Source: Raillietiella orientalis (lineage: Eukaryota). Taken from it: a stretch of DNA of 64,000 bases. The translations under genes were made by a program, and so were the position numbers. The stretch spans positions 1,798,001 to 1,862,000 of the forward strand of contig JAYWIR010000023.1 in NCBI GenBank assembly GCA_036172245.1, read 5' to 3'. The notes under the pieces are model-generated. The model was not told where the DNA came from, searched no databases, and saw only the letters and a list, made by a program, of their open reading frames with translations. This document shows, in pieces, positions 27,601 through 41,419 of this stretch. Position 1 is the first letter of the stretch, and every line of letters begins with the position of its first letter.

Positions 27601-29040
27601 TTGGATTCGAAAAAGAATGAAGAAAAAGAAACAAGAGAATCCCAGCTGTCGCATTTGCAGCAAGAAGTTGCACCTCTTTCTCCAATACCTTCTACAAGTA
27701 CCGGAATTCAAGAGCAAGCATCTCAAGATTTGGTTACTACACACTCATCGCCCGGTTTGTCTCCGGATACGAAAAAATTTCTTGAATTTGCTGAAATGCA
27801 TCGAACTGTACTGAATCAAATATTACGTCAGTCAACGACTCATCTTGCCGATGGTCCATTTGCCATGTTGGTGGATCATACTCGTGTGCTTGATTTTGAT
27901 GTGAAACGGCGTTACTTTCGTACTGAGTTGGAACGATTGGACGAAGGTGTACGACGAGAAGACCTTGCGGTGCACGTAAAGAGAGAACATGTCTTCGAAG
28001 ATTCATATAGAGAATTACATCGTCGTCCTCCAGATGAATGGAAAAATAGATTTTACATCGTTTTCGAAGAGGAAGAAGGCCAAGATGCTGGGGGCTTGCT
28101 TCGTGAATGGTATCTAATCATCTCCCGAGAAATCTTCAATCCTATGTATGCACTGTTCACAACATCTCCAGGAGATAGAGTAACGTACACGATCAACCCG
28201 TCATCCCATTGCAACTCTAACCATTTGAGTTATTTCAAATTTGTTGGACGAGTCATCGCAAAAGCTGTCTATGACAATAAGTTGCTTGAGTGTTATTTCA
28301 CCCGATCATTTTATAAGCATATTCTGGGCAAGCCCGTTCGTTATGTGGATATGGAAAGTGAAGATTATTCTTTCTACCAGGGACTAGTGTTCCTTATGAA
28401 TCATGATGTCAGTGAATTGGGCTATGATCTCATGTTTAGTACAGAGGTTCAAGAGTTTGGTGTAACCGAAGTACGGGATTTGATTCCAAACGGTCGAAAT
28501 ATTCCCGTTTCAGAAGCCAACAAGTTAGAGTACATACGTTTGGTTTGCCAAATGAAAATGACTGGAGCCATCCGCAAGCAACTGAATGCTTTCCTGGAAG
28601 GCTTTTACGACATCATACCGAAACGTTTGATTTCCATTTTCAACGAGCAAGAGTTGGAATTGCTGATCTCTGGTTTGCCGAACATTGATATCGAAGATCT
28701 GCGTGCAAATACCGAATACCATAAGTATCAGCCCATCTCACTTCAGATCCAATGGCTCTGGAGAGCGTTGCGTTCGTTCGAGCAGGCCGATAGAGCGAAA
28801 TTCCTCCAGTTCGTGACAGGAACTTCCAAAGTCCCATTACAGGGTTTTGCTGCATTGGAAGGAATGAACGGTATCCAGAAATTTCAAGTACACCGAGATG
28901 ACCGTTCCACCGACCGTTTCCCATCTGCACATACGTGCTTTAACCAGTTGGATTTGCCTGCATACGAAACCTACGACAAATTGAGATCTATGCTCTTGAA
29001 AGCAGTCAATGAATGTTCCGAAGGTTTCGGTTTTGCATAA
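9668..29040 (+). CDS. HUWE1: E3 ubiquitin-protein ligase HUWE1 (armadillo-like N-terminus, UBA, UIM, WWE, UBM repeats, HECT); multi-exon
   Basis: Starts [10 protein letters not shown] at 9668. Spliced exons give [34 protein letters not shown] and [15 protein letters not shown]. Domains: UBA ([17 protein letters not shown], about 16790), UIM ([13 protein letters not shown]), WWE ([15 protein letters not shown]) and UBM ([21 protein letters not shown]). The terminal exon 26418-29040 ends with the HECT motif [16 protein letters not shown]...CSEGFGFA*. Verified introns include 9713-9760, 9980-10027, 10268-10311 and 10372-11833. Confidence 0.97.
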
Positions 29041-29082
29041 CCCAAATGTGTACTATAATGAAGTATATATATTGTAAGATTT

Positions 29083-29088
29083 AATAAA
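29083..29088 (+). promoter_or_regulatory. Polyadenylation signal of HUWE1
   Basis: AATAAA 42 nt after the stop codon, followed by T-rich sequence. Confidence 0.6.
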
Positions 29089-30749
29089 TTACAAATGTTT
29101 TAAGTTTTCTGCATATAATAAAACCACGGATTCACCTTAGATTCTTTTGTAGCGAAGTGACAGCGAATTTTCAGAAATTTGCAAGACTCGAAAATTGAGA
29201 TGGAAATCTGTGTTATTTTTAATGACTTACGTAATGAGCATTTGCTGGTTTGTTAAATGAAGACCAGACTTTCATGAAATTTGAAATGAGTATGTTTATT
29301 GAGGTAGTGTTACGAAATACAAATATTTTATTTAAAGCGTAGTGAGTTTCATTTACTTTATTGGGATTTTTTTTTTTTTTTTTTCGTTACTACGTGAAGT
29401 GCATGAAATCACTGAAATATGGAATCATTGCTAGGTTTGCATTTTTGCACTCCCACGTGAACGACAGTAATTACAATAAAAGCAGAATTATACAAGAGTC
29501 CCTACTACTCATTGATTTTGCAGGAAACAAATTGCTGTACTTAATTTGCATCAAGCAATAATAGTCTGCTATGCAAAACTTGTAAATCCCATATATTTAG
29601 TTTGCTTCCATTATAGAAATGAAATTGCAATTCCAAATGAGGAATAATTGGACCACCGAGGACGCAACACAAAGAAGTCCGGTCGTTTCCCCCTTATTCA
29701 CTGTTACGAGCTGAAAACTGCTCCCATAAAAACATGGATCCATTCCCTGCGCAGTTATTTGAAACTGATTACTCAAATAGGTGAATTCTTTTATATAACT
29801 CATACAGCGAATTCAAACAGCATAAACCTTGATATAAAAACAATAAGGGGTCAATCTAAAGAGTTTTCGATGATTTTCACGTCGTTTCTTCTGATTAGCC
29901 ACTTTCTCACTTTGGCATCACAACAATTTTGCCATGCGGTGATAGGAAATGAGTTTTACATCGTAAATTTCATGCTCTGGAGTTCGCCATGAACCTCCTT
30001 TCAGCAGATTGTAATTAGATAAACATCTCTCTCTTTTGTTTGATACTTCTGAGTCTTCTGAATATTAGATGGAATTCAGAAATGAAGTGTAAACGATTGG
30101 AGAATTTGAAACAGGGAAATTTTTCAGATGATTGATTAGTTTTTCTTGTTACTGGAAGCATATAATAGTACGCAATACCAAACAGGGTACGCAGTTCTCC
30201 TAGTGAAAAACGAAATAGAAAAAATAATTCAAACAAGGAAAACACTTATCGGAATTAGATGAAGCAAGTGAAAAGGCAGCCATGGCTGCAACCTGAGGTA
30301 TTAAAACCAATACAATAACTGTGCTTTCTCTGAATCTTTTCACGAACAATAATGCAACTGCCTTTTCACGTAATGTAATATTCGCAATCTCAGGCGCTTT
30401 CACTTGTCTTTGCAAGGAGCAGGAAAACAGTCCTCTACTTGAAATACATCAATGCTAAACACAATAGCCGAGCCGAGACGCGAAGCTGCCTTTAGTAGCC
30501 GAAGTTCAGTGAGAGTTTTGAATAAAATTAAAGAAGGGTAGCAAAAGCGTGTAATCCAACGAAACGCATCCATATTGAATGGAATGTATATCCGGAAGAA
30601 TGCCTTGTTCATCTGGCGGTTGTTCAATAGAAAAGCTATAAATAAGTATTCCTAAGATAACTTCCAGTCATGTTCCCGATCATCTCAACACTGATGTTGG
30701 TGAAAAAATCTTGTAAACTGATTTCTTACAGAGCGGTAAATGAAAATGC

Positions 30750-31560
30750 GTATAATACGGCACCCTGGTGAATTCGCAAACCACAAATCGTTGAGCTAGA
30801 GCACTTATAAAAAGGACAGTCCTTAAGACGGGTCAGCTTGAAGATCCCTGATTCAGCTCCTTCAAAACAATTATGCCGACATCAGAATTTTTATCAGATA
30901 TGACAGTTGCAGCCATGGCATTTCGGTAGCACTTGTATAGATGACTTCCTTTGTAGTATGGTAGAAGGAAATTATTATGTGTATGGTAGGAGGATTATTA
31001 TGGTCGTTCTCTCGCCGATTGAAGGAAACAAATACCACATCGTCCAATGCCATCGTTGTGTATCCCCATTCGTGTTCCTGTAAGAGATTCCGATGCTGTT
31101 TCAGCGTATGAATCCTCAATGAAAACGTACTTCGGTCGGAAATTAATTTTGGCATAAAAAGTGTGTCTACAGGATTTGGCTTTTATCCCCTGTGCAATGC
31201 AGCTCGGAATCCGTGTGCACCCGGGATTTTTACCATATAGGTGAAAAGACAACAGTTTTTATGTTTACAGTCCAGTTCTGTCTCACATCGTAAGAGGATG
31301 TATGTACCTTCAACCCAAACTGGTTTCGTTGTGTTCCGTTGATTCAGTTTTCGAAAAACTGCTGGAAAATGTTTCTAGGATGTTTATGCTGTGCTTTCAA
31401 CCAACATTCTCTTGCTATTAATTTTTACTCATTGCTTCCATAACTTTTGCCGCTGTATCCTCATCCAAACGGCTGCAGCGCCCTAAAATCTACGCAAGCA
31501 GTGACTGGGACGAAACGGTACCACTCGAGCATAGCCAAATGCAGTCTTCACTAATGGAAA
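30750..31560 (-). mobile_element. Heavily decayed piggyBac (PGBD-like) transposase remnant
   Basis: Minus-strand fragments lie in the expected order: RCSRLDEDT (~CLRFDD), PRNIFQQFFEN (~IRxIFDxFxxN), TVNIKLLSF...IPSCIAQGIK (~TIDExLVxF...IPSKPAKYGIK), IISFYHTTKEV (~IxFYNxTKGGVD). Many stops and frameshifts; no TIRs confirmed. Confidence 0.5.
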
Positions 31561-32463
31561 TTAAATATTTTGGATGTGTGCGTTTGATTTAAAAACAATC
31601 TATTTGATCACATGCTTATTAGCATACATATCCCTCAGTTTTATTTGAACCAAACGAGGTATACCTTAATCCTCAAGATTATCGCGGAGTCGCCCAAGGA
31701 TTAACCACGGTTCAAATCCACCAGAAATAAACGATGGAAAAAGTTAAAATGGCGCTAACAGTAATGTATTATTTTGATTTTAACTACCATCGAAATTTCG
31801 ATTGTTGACATGTCTAGATTTGAAAAATGTGTACAACTAATATCATTTTTTGCTTATATATTTTAATTCCTGCGAGCTCGCAAGATTTCAGACGAACGGC
31901 CGCACCTACCTTCTAACAAGCATAACTCGATTTGATTGCTTTTGCAAATACTGCTCATAAGTTTCACTCTTGTTCGCAAGCACCCGATGCTTTGAAAGAA
32001 AAACCTTGCTTTCAGAGTTAAGCAGACATACGCCAGGGAGCTACCAAGAATATTTTGATATGATATTGTGCCGAATCTCGCACCTTTTTGAACAAGTTAC
32101 GGGGTCAACGGTGCACAGAAAAAATATGAAACAAATATCTTGCTTAAAATTCTCATATCTTTCTAATATTATCCTATAAAAGTGATAAATGGCTGAATGG
32201 CAATAATTTGCTTTAGGAGTTTATTATACTTTAAGTGTGCACTATCAACTGTCAAAAACTATGACACGTTCTGAACCATTTATAGATTGGCACCATGCAT
32301 CACTGGGATTTGCTTAGACACAGCATCTTAATAAGTATTATTTGCATAATCTGACTGTAAATAGGATTTACTGATCTATTTCTTACATCATCTGTGCAAA
32401 TCAAAAAGTATGAGAAATTTCATCAATTAGAACATATATATGAGTATGTTATTGGGAGAACAA

Positions 32464-35400
32464 TCATGACTTCTTCTTTCCTTTTGTAGACCTTTTGCTG
32501 GCATACTTATGAATAATATCTACAATGTGGTTTTTATGTTCTGTTATTTTGATCATTTGTACTTTTGCATCTTTAAGTTGTTCCTTTATTAAATGGCTCC
32601 TTTGCAAAATTCCCTGGAAAACTTAAATTAAATTTCCAATTATTATCTCATGTGTACCTTAAGAAGTTCGTTGGTACGATTAATATCTTTATCAAGTCCA
32701 CTCTTCTCCAGTTTCTCAGTTGTGCTTAATAAAGTCTTCTGTTTTTCAAAGACCTGTTGTTCTAACTCAACCTGCAGTACAACATAAAAGTTTCTTGAAT
32801 TTCATAACCCACCAAATATTCCAATTGTGTGCATAGGTGGAACATTTTCCATCCATTAACCTTCTGCATTACTTGCTTTTGGTTAGCTAAATCACTAATG
32901 GTTGGTCTCTTCTCATCTTTAGGTTTCACATCTGAGTATCGTTGAAAATGATTTAGGCGTGACTTCCAAGTTTGCCGATAACTGGCAAGAAGGGACATGC
33001 ATGGACGTTGGAATACATCCTGTTCTTCATCTGATTTAGTTTTTGTCACTACAGGTTCATCAGCATGCTCCTTATTTGTCCTGGCACATTTTCTTGTCAC
33101 ACTATCACATGCAAACTCACAGTTGCTGTTTCCTGGGCTTTTTACGTGGGGAAATATCTAGAGTTGCAGGCTGCTTATTGGGTGGTTCTTCCACAACAAT
33201 CATTTGTTCTATTTCTTGTAAAGAATCTTCCATGTCCAACTGGAGACCAGGAGATGAGGTAGCAGACAAAGTGGTGGAGCCTGTAGAACAATTACTACCT
33301 GCACCTGGAGAATGAGGAGCGGACAATACACCTGAATTTGCCCTTTTTCTTCCTGGTAAAACACTGAATGCTGATGATAGCAGATTTCCGCAAGTATGCC
33401 ATCTAACCTTTCAGAATCACGTTTCCTAAGAATAGAAGGACGTGGAGAATGGCCAAGTGATTGCCCACTTTCTTCAGCTGTTTTCTGTGTAATGCCAGAC
33501 AATTCATCAGATGTCTGCTTGCTATCTGGAGGAATGTTTTCTCCTTCAGACATATCAGAAAAAGCTAACACAGGGGCAGCAGAACACAACTGACTGGGAA
33601 ATGACACATTAGCTAAAAAAAAGCAAAAACAGTTGAGATTATGACTAAGGAGATCATTACTAGCAACAGGAAGCTGCTTGATGATTACTTGTGCAGGCAC
33701 CTCAGTTAAGCTACAATTATCAGCATGGCGTAAGGCTTGTGGATATACTTTGGCAATAGGAATGGTAGTACTGCTATTCTGTGCTTTGGAGCCAGCAGTC
33801 ATTAATGTAAAACCTGCTCCTAGATGTGTGCACTGTATCAGAGTTGTATCTATACCTTGGCTAGCTTTGGTTCCTGATACTGGCGTGATCGTCATGGCAG
33901 TCCCTGCCACTTGTCCAGATGCCAGCTTGACAATGGTCTGAGACATATCTACAGCTTCTTGTTGCTGAGGTGTATATGGCTGTGATGTGCAAAGGCCTGC
34001 TAATCCTGCTACCTTTGTGGTAGTATTTGATTTGATATTCTGTGGAAGAATTCCCACTGTAGGTTTGGTGCTAATTATGGGCATGCTAGGCCCTTGACGT
34101 CCAAGAGTTGTCACATTTGCTATGCCAAAAGTGAGATTTTGAAGAACAGGAATTATGCCAGAGGTTGTTGTAACAACTGCAGCTAATGTTCCAACAGGAT
34201 GTACCCTGATGTACTAGCATAACCAAATACTGTAACTTCTAGTTTACCCAGCCTTTGCTACTTTATCCCCTGCCTTTGTGAGGGATACTGTGGATGAATG
34301 AAGAATGCGAGGAGTCACACTAGTTAACTGAGATGTTTTGACAGCAGTGACACTTATTGAAGATGTAATTCCAGGTGCACTAATTGCTGGAGAATGGGTC
34401 TTCTTGGCTTGATCTCCTTTATCAGAGATCTGAGGTTTCAATAGATTCTATTAATACAATGGACCTACTAACCTCAGCAATGATGGATGGCACTGGTTTG
34501 GATAAGGGTTTAGGTATGACACTAATCTTACTGGTCTCTACTGCACGAGAACAGACAGCTGCCACACAATCAAAAATATCAAAAACAACTTTAACATACC
34601 AGCTGTTACTGTAGGCTTGATATGTACAACACTAGGGGTGGCAAGAGTTAACGCTGATTTTACTTCTCTGTTGGTTCCTCTTCCTGTCCATGTTTGTGAA
34701 GACACACTGGATATAGGCAATGTTTTCATGCTTAATTTAGCCACAGGATTACTACATGCTATATACTTAAAAACTATCAACTAAACTCACTTTGTCAGAC
34801 TGATTCCACTATTTCCAGAGGCAGGTATAACTTGAGCAGTCAAATTGCATGGGACATTAGTTTTCACAATAGGGGTAGCTATAGCTGACTTTGTAGCACT
34901 TATGTTGGCAACTGCAGCAGCTCCTACAATACAGTGTACAAGCAGTCTTAGGTAGACATCAGTATACCTCTAGGAACATGATAGCCACTCATTTGATTAA
35001 TTGGAAGAGCTGTAATGCCAGTGGATGTATCGGTGGGCAATACTGTCATGCTAATATTGCTGCTTGCGGATCCAGGTTGCCTAGTTACTGTAAGAGATAT
35101 TGGTACACTTACAGCATTAATATCTAGAATACATTTAAATAATCACACTGGATATACAGTAAAATAATTTACTTTGCTTTGTAGATGCAGATGCTAGAGA
35201 TGTGACAATTGGAGCAGCCATAATTTGTGCAATAGTATCAGGTGATAAGACAGGTTTGGCAGCACCCAAAGGTCGCAATGAAACCTTGATAAAATAAAGA
35301 ACACAAATATATAATGCAAAAAATCAATACTACATTCAAATAGCACAGCAGAACATCAAGGGAAAAAAAGGGGCGTTACACCTCAAAACTGCTATTATAT

Positions 35401-35646
35401 TCCCCAAAACACTTTGAGTGTAACTGTAAATTCTTTCTATGAGTCTAGTTTAAGGAAATTAATAAAAAATACTTTTGAAGCATTTGATGTTACTGCTGTT
35501 AATTTTGGCATGCTTGCTTTTGCAGCTGTTGAAAGACTTGATGGATTGATAAGTGTCACATTCCCGTTAGCATTATTCTTTTGAGCTAAGTTAATAGGAT
35601 GAACCTGATTTTGTTCCATTGCATCATTGCTCCTTAAAGTCGTCAT
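32464..35646 (-). CDS. SAP130: Histone deacetylase complex subunit SAP130 (Sin3A-associated); multi-exon
   Basis: C-terminal SAP130 domain SLLASYRQTWKSRLNHFQRYSDVKPKDEKRPTISDLANQK...NGWK; also SPRPSILRKRD, SPRKKPRKQQL and TIPIAKVYPQ, with a low-complexity S/T/V/P N-terminal half. Stop after ...STKGKKKS at 32464. The ATG at 35646 is the likely start, with a 5'UTR acceptor upstream. Confidence 0.9.
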
Positions 35647-38600
35647 TGATCTACGTTAAGCATGATGTTTTCAGTAATCTAGAAAATGACAAACTTATCG
35701 ATGCATGAATGGAATCATTCACATTGATAACCAAAGTGGCTAATTTTCAAAAATTCTTACGATACAATACAGTAATCTGTAGTTTGGTAATCTTATACTT
35801 TACTTTATTTCATCAAAATTTAATGACTTCCACATCATAAAGATCAGTATGTATAACCACTTACCGGGTAATGATTCTACATTATGGGTGGCTACACAAT
35901 ATTCTGAAACATTTTGAGTTCTTGCAAGATCCTTTTTTTGCTATCCAAAATCAACTTTGCTAAAGTCTTGAACATGCAAACATCTTACTTTTTTCAAGCT
36001 CATTAACTAAAAAACAAAAAGTTTGCCTCATGGTAATCGATTGAATTATAACTATAAAAATGGGTTTCATTTCACCAAAATTCATAGAATTAACCAAAAG
36101 CCGGCCACAGTTTATTCACAAGGAGTTCGTAAATTGAATTTCTCAAAACTGAAAGAGCAGTATCATTCAAGCTTTCGCAACAAGGTACTTTGTTACCACA
36201 TACCAGTAAACATGTTTTTCTCACGTTTCGAAAGATTCGGTTTAAATGAATAATGCATGGATAACAATAACACGTTAACAGTGTTTACTTTACAAGCTGC
36301 TTAAAGGTGTATGGCGAAGTTTCCTTAAGGTTTTCAATGTTCCTCTAGGTCTTTTTAAATATTGTCAGTCACGGAGAGATTGTAAACTAATAGAAGGTGC
36401 ATAAAGGAACATTGACAAATCTGATAAATTTTCTCAGCCATATAGGAGTATGATAAAACCAGAAAAAATTGCCATGGTTTTAACATGCAAACCCAGACTA
36501 AAAGTATGTATTCACGTAACTGCTTTCTGAAAGCTCCATAAACTAAGTAAACTTAAAAGGATTATTTCCTATGGAAGGTGATGAAAGAACTGAGGAGACT
36601 GCTAACTTTGGATTCCTATGTGTACATTCTTATTGTTATAAACTTGTTAACGAAAATAGACTAATAATTGATTATTTTAGATGACTATGTTAAAAGAAAA
36701 CTATTTATTACTTTAATTTCCATGAGGAAATAAACATTGATTAAAGGAAAGAACAATGCCACAGAATTTACTCTCTTCCACCTCCATACCTGAACAACAA
36801 ATCGATCAATATATTTATCTCGGCATTTTTTCACAAATTAAAAATTTGGCGTATTTTGCAAGTAAAAAAATTTGGCAACCTTCCTAAAAAATTAATCCTT
36901 CTAATGGTGATTCGAACCACTGCATTTTTTGGTCCTTATTTTACATTACTGACTGATCATTGGTTTTGTCACTACATTCATTTTTTTTTTTTGTTTCTAT
37001 GTCCATTTTTCGTGCCCATGAAGGAGCATTTTACTACTGACAAAACACAAAATGATAAAAAAGCAAAATGCAATGTAGAAATGAAGTAGTAGAAAATCAT
37101 TCCTTCAAATTCTATATAAAGTGGTGATCATTACTTTGAATTCCTGATAAATTTTATAATCTAGATGTCTCTTTCATTCTACTTCATATCGATTAGATAT
37201 TTGCTTAATGTCTACTTTAAATGCTACCTGGATATCTGTTTCTTTTTTTTTTTTTTACAGTATTTTTAAGATCTTACTTCTTATTGCAATAGGATTAATT
37301 GTGCACATTTTCATTTAATAGTCCGCCCCCAAATATGATATGATTCCAATTACTGCATCGAAATGTTTCAGCTAAATATACAAATGCAGAAACACATTGC
37401 ACAGATAGAATTTTCAAAGTGTTTTCGTTTGTGGGATTATTGCGGAGAACACTGACGGTATGCCACGAAGACGCAAGAAAATTTTGGTTATAATTAAGTT
37501 CTGGGATGTTGGTATTTATTCTGCTTCTCTGTCGAAGAAAAAGCAGATACATAGAATGAATAGGATTATTGAGCTAGATGGTTAGTGAGGTTGCATTGTA
37601 CACTATGGAGAACCCTATGGAGAAACTTGCAAACAGTATCAAATGAAAAATAAGAATATCAAATGAAATGAGAATACTTCTAAAATAAAACAAGTATCTC
37701 ACTGAATAATCAATTTAGTTTTGAAAAAGTAGAATAATTGTATAATAATTACGTGTTAATTTGCTCAGTGTCTAATGATGTTTTTTTTTTTTAATTATTT
37801 GCTAGAACTGTTAGTAGTATAACACTTCAGAACTTCGTTAAAAATGATCCCATCATTATAGATACAATGTTTGAGATACGTCATACAAGTTTACCTCAAT
37901 GTGACTATATTTATTGAAACATCTTCCTCTGCAAATAGTTTCGGGTGCTGAGACACGGAATAATAGTTTTGCAGATTCCAGTAAGCAACCACATCAGTAA
38001 TCTAACCGTGTATTGCAGTCTTTGGTATTTGTTTAAAATAGAATAAGCACGATGAACGCAATTCGAAGAAACGAACACTGAACCCGCGAATAACGAATGA
38101 ATGATGAAATCATGGCTTTGTAAAAAATATTGTATTTGTGATGGAAACAGAAGTGTTTGTGTGAGGGTTATGGGGACATACCTAGAAGATTTAACTTCTG
38201 ATTTAAATCAATAAAGCAAAATAAAGCAAACGGGAGCATTTTTGTCATTTGCTCTTTTCATCTTTTAGCATTGTTTGTTTTAAAAGTCTCGTAACGATGA
38301 TACAAACTTATATTAATCGCTATTATTTATGAATTTGGGTGCAGGGCACCGTTCTCATTCTCCGAAAGAATAAAAATCACGTCTATGTGATCACTGTCAT
38401 GCTAAAACAAAAGACTGTTGAATAAAAGATAGTAATAATTTTTAGCCTTAACAAAGACTGACTCGGAAAATAAGTGCAAGCACAGACCTTATGCTCACCA
38501 TCACTCAACATGTATTTAATTGCAGCTAATAGACTTTACATTACTTTGTAAAGAGTGGAAAGAGGGGTCTATTCAAGGCGCTCTGGAGGTTATTACACCT

Positions 38601-39932
38601 CAGGGAAATTATGGCTCCTCATGTGAAAGACTGGTGGTTTGTAACTCTAATCGATAAGGGCTCTTAGAAACCAAATGGATACTTTTCAGTAATCAGGAAA
38701 CATCAAATATCCAGTGCTAGAATGGTAATGAACATCAATAGGATGAAAAGATAAAAGAGCAGAAATTTACATCAAAAGTCATAAAATCCTCGCATATTGA
38801 TTTCTGACAACTGAAATCCAATTCAAACATGAACTTGCACAATGTCATCCCTTCCTTGTACACTTAATCTTATGCGTTATAATAGAGCTCTGTAATTTAG
38901 GCTCATCCGAACCCTTATTTCTAGAAATTCTTTATGTTCAATTGTTTTATAATAAAATGGTACATTTGTATGAATTTCATCTAGATAACGCTTAAGAATC
39001 CGCAAAAGTGATAGTTTAAGTAAAAATAAGTAAAAAAAAAAAAGTCGAAACTATGTGTAAAAATTATGTGTAAATCTTAAATGAGATTAATTTTTTAAAC
39101 AAATTGTTACGAATATGAGTATGCTATAAAGTACAGACTCCAAGTTATTTTGTTGTTAGACAAATGTAGATTAGTTGCCACTGAGATTATTCACTAGTTT
39201 GAAATTCGCATCCTGTTTTCAATAGTTCAAATATATGTGCAAGTTTTATTAGTAGAAAATGTTTGCGATTCGCGAAGATAGCCTACGAGATCCGGTTGAG
39301 ATGAAAGGTATGATTTATGCTGGGTCATGGATCAAATTAGATGAAGAGCTCTGCAACAAGAACAATAATTATCTAAAATGCGCTAATAATGATTCTTAAG
39401 GCTCAAGATTCCAATACGTTTACTTCATCTTTGAAATGAACCATCTTTGAAACATCTTTGAAATTATTTCTTATGAATATATTTAAAAACTATTAAATAA
39501 ATAATCCGAATATTTCGACAGTCATCTATTCATCTTAAAGAGGTCTTATATCTATCTTTAAAGACACCAATGAATTTTGGAGATAGAAAATTTTGAAGGC
39601 GTTTTCCAGGTGTCAGTGATGTAAAACAGGTTTCGTTTTTCTTTGCATTCATTTTTTCTTTTTTAAATATCCGGGTAACGTTTATGATTAGGAATTATAA
39701 AAAAATTACAAAGAAATTTCATGCAGGGTATCTTATTATATTCTTATTTGTTACTTATTTCATGCATAATATGTGTTCAAATTTTTTAAAAGCTCCCTGG
39801 GAAGGTGGAAATGAATTTTGAACTGCATCGGCAACTAAAGTATTTTTAAGACATTACAATCGCATTTGGTACTCACCGAAACTGTAGTGTTCTGCTGAAG
39901 TGTTAGACTGCTTCGACGAATCGCACGTGACA

Positions 39933-40849
39933 ATGGCCAAAACAAAAAATCACACAAACCATAACCAGAGTAAGAAAGATCAATTTTTATTAAGCTTCAA
40001 AATACATGATGTTTATACGTTTTGGATTTTGAGTCGCTTTGTCGTGTTTAATTGAATGTCACATGTATTTTAGACAGAAAGGCACATCGAAATGGTATAA
40101 AACGCCCCAAGACATACAGAAATCCATCCCTGAAAGGCGTATGTATCTCTTGTTTAGATCTAAAAAAAAATCGATTTCTTGATCTTGAGGTTGGCAAGAA
40201 CCATTGCTTTCTCATTTAGATAGCCTGCGCGATCAGCATTATTTTGTGGTACTTAGTAATTGCATACTTCTGTCATTGCAAAAGTGGTATATGATCCTAG
40301 TTTTTGGCAAAGCAGCCCAAGTATTTAATGTATTTAGCAACTTTTGATCATATTCTGTGCTTGCGGATACAGGAAATCTCTTTTTCTTACATTTATTTTC
40401 GTAGTCTTCAGCATTTTTATAAGTTAATTTTCATTTGCATCTGTAGTTTGTATGAAATGAGTTTTTTTTCCTCAGTTTTTTTTCATGTATTCACTGTGGT
40501 CTTATGGAAGATAAAAACCTCAGATGAAGATAGGGTTCTCTTGAAACTAAATGTTTTTCTTATGAAGTGTACAGAATTATTGTTACTTCAAAGTGTCATG
40601 AATGTTCCTGAAATTATATGAAATTCAATTTTTAAGAATGCAATCGGAATATTTTAAATTTTGTTTATGTGATTTTATTTGTAGATGGATCCAAAATTTT
40701 TGCGTAATATGAGATTTGCCAAGAAGCATAATATAAGTCCAGAACTCCAGAAGAAACGAGCTGCATTTCACATGGCTCGAAAATTACAAAGACAGCAGAA
40801 AGCTTCTGGAAAACTGTCACAACCTCAAATTGCATTAAAAACTGCATAA
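39933..40849 (+). CDS. RPL29: 60S ribosomal protein L29 (eL29); exons 39933-39969, 40074-40138, 40685-40849; 88 aa
   Basis: Spliced translation [50 protein letters not shown]... with canonical GT-AG introns. Not in the ORF track. Confidence 0.95.
40271..40374 (+). ncRNA. Candidate intronic H/ACA-box snoRNA in RPL29 intron 2
   Basis: Hairpin 1 closed by TGTCA (40271-75)/TGGCA (40305-09); ANANNA box AAAGCA (40309-14); hairpin 2 closed by CCCAAGTAT (40316-24)/GTGCTTGCGG (40357-66); ACA at 40369-71. Confidence 0.35.
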
Positions 40850-41419
40850 TATATGGTTGAATTTACTACTGATCTTGTTTTAAGCATTTGTTTTTTCCTC
40901 CCTCCCTGCTCCTATGTGTTCACTTAAGTACCTGAAACTTATTTTTATAACCGACAACTCTGAAATCAACATATAAGTTATGTATTCTCACATTTGCATA
41001 TAATGCATTCTACCTTTTTTAATCATGGCTGTTCATTGGAGAAAGCATTGAGTTGCTATAAGTGCCTGTTGAAAGTAATCAAAAGAAAAGTTAACTTCTT
41101 ATCAAAAGGATATTTGAAAATTATGGACTTTTGCAATAAATTATGAAATAAACTTGCACCAACTGGTTCAGCATGACATTTTATAAAAACTGAGGGATTT
41201 CATAGAAATCAACAGGATTTTATGATTTCAGTAGGCATAATGATAATTACTTTATCTGAGATGTTGATTTTTGATTCACGTGAAATTTGCTCATGTGCTA
41301 ATTCCATAGGTTCGTTTGCCTTGAAATTAACTTTCTTGTGGGTTTTGGGGATCTTTGTGTTTATGCAATGGCTTTCACTAGCCCTTTGAAAGGATCTTAT
41401 CAAAAATTTTGAAAGCATT

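Noticed and set aside
29300..29308. TGAGGTAGT (let-7 5' end) just downstream of HUWE1; vertebrate HUWE1 hosts let-7f-2/miR-98
   Set aside because: Only 9 nt match, the remainder differs from let-7, and there is no compact pre-miRNA hairpin.
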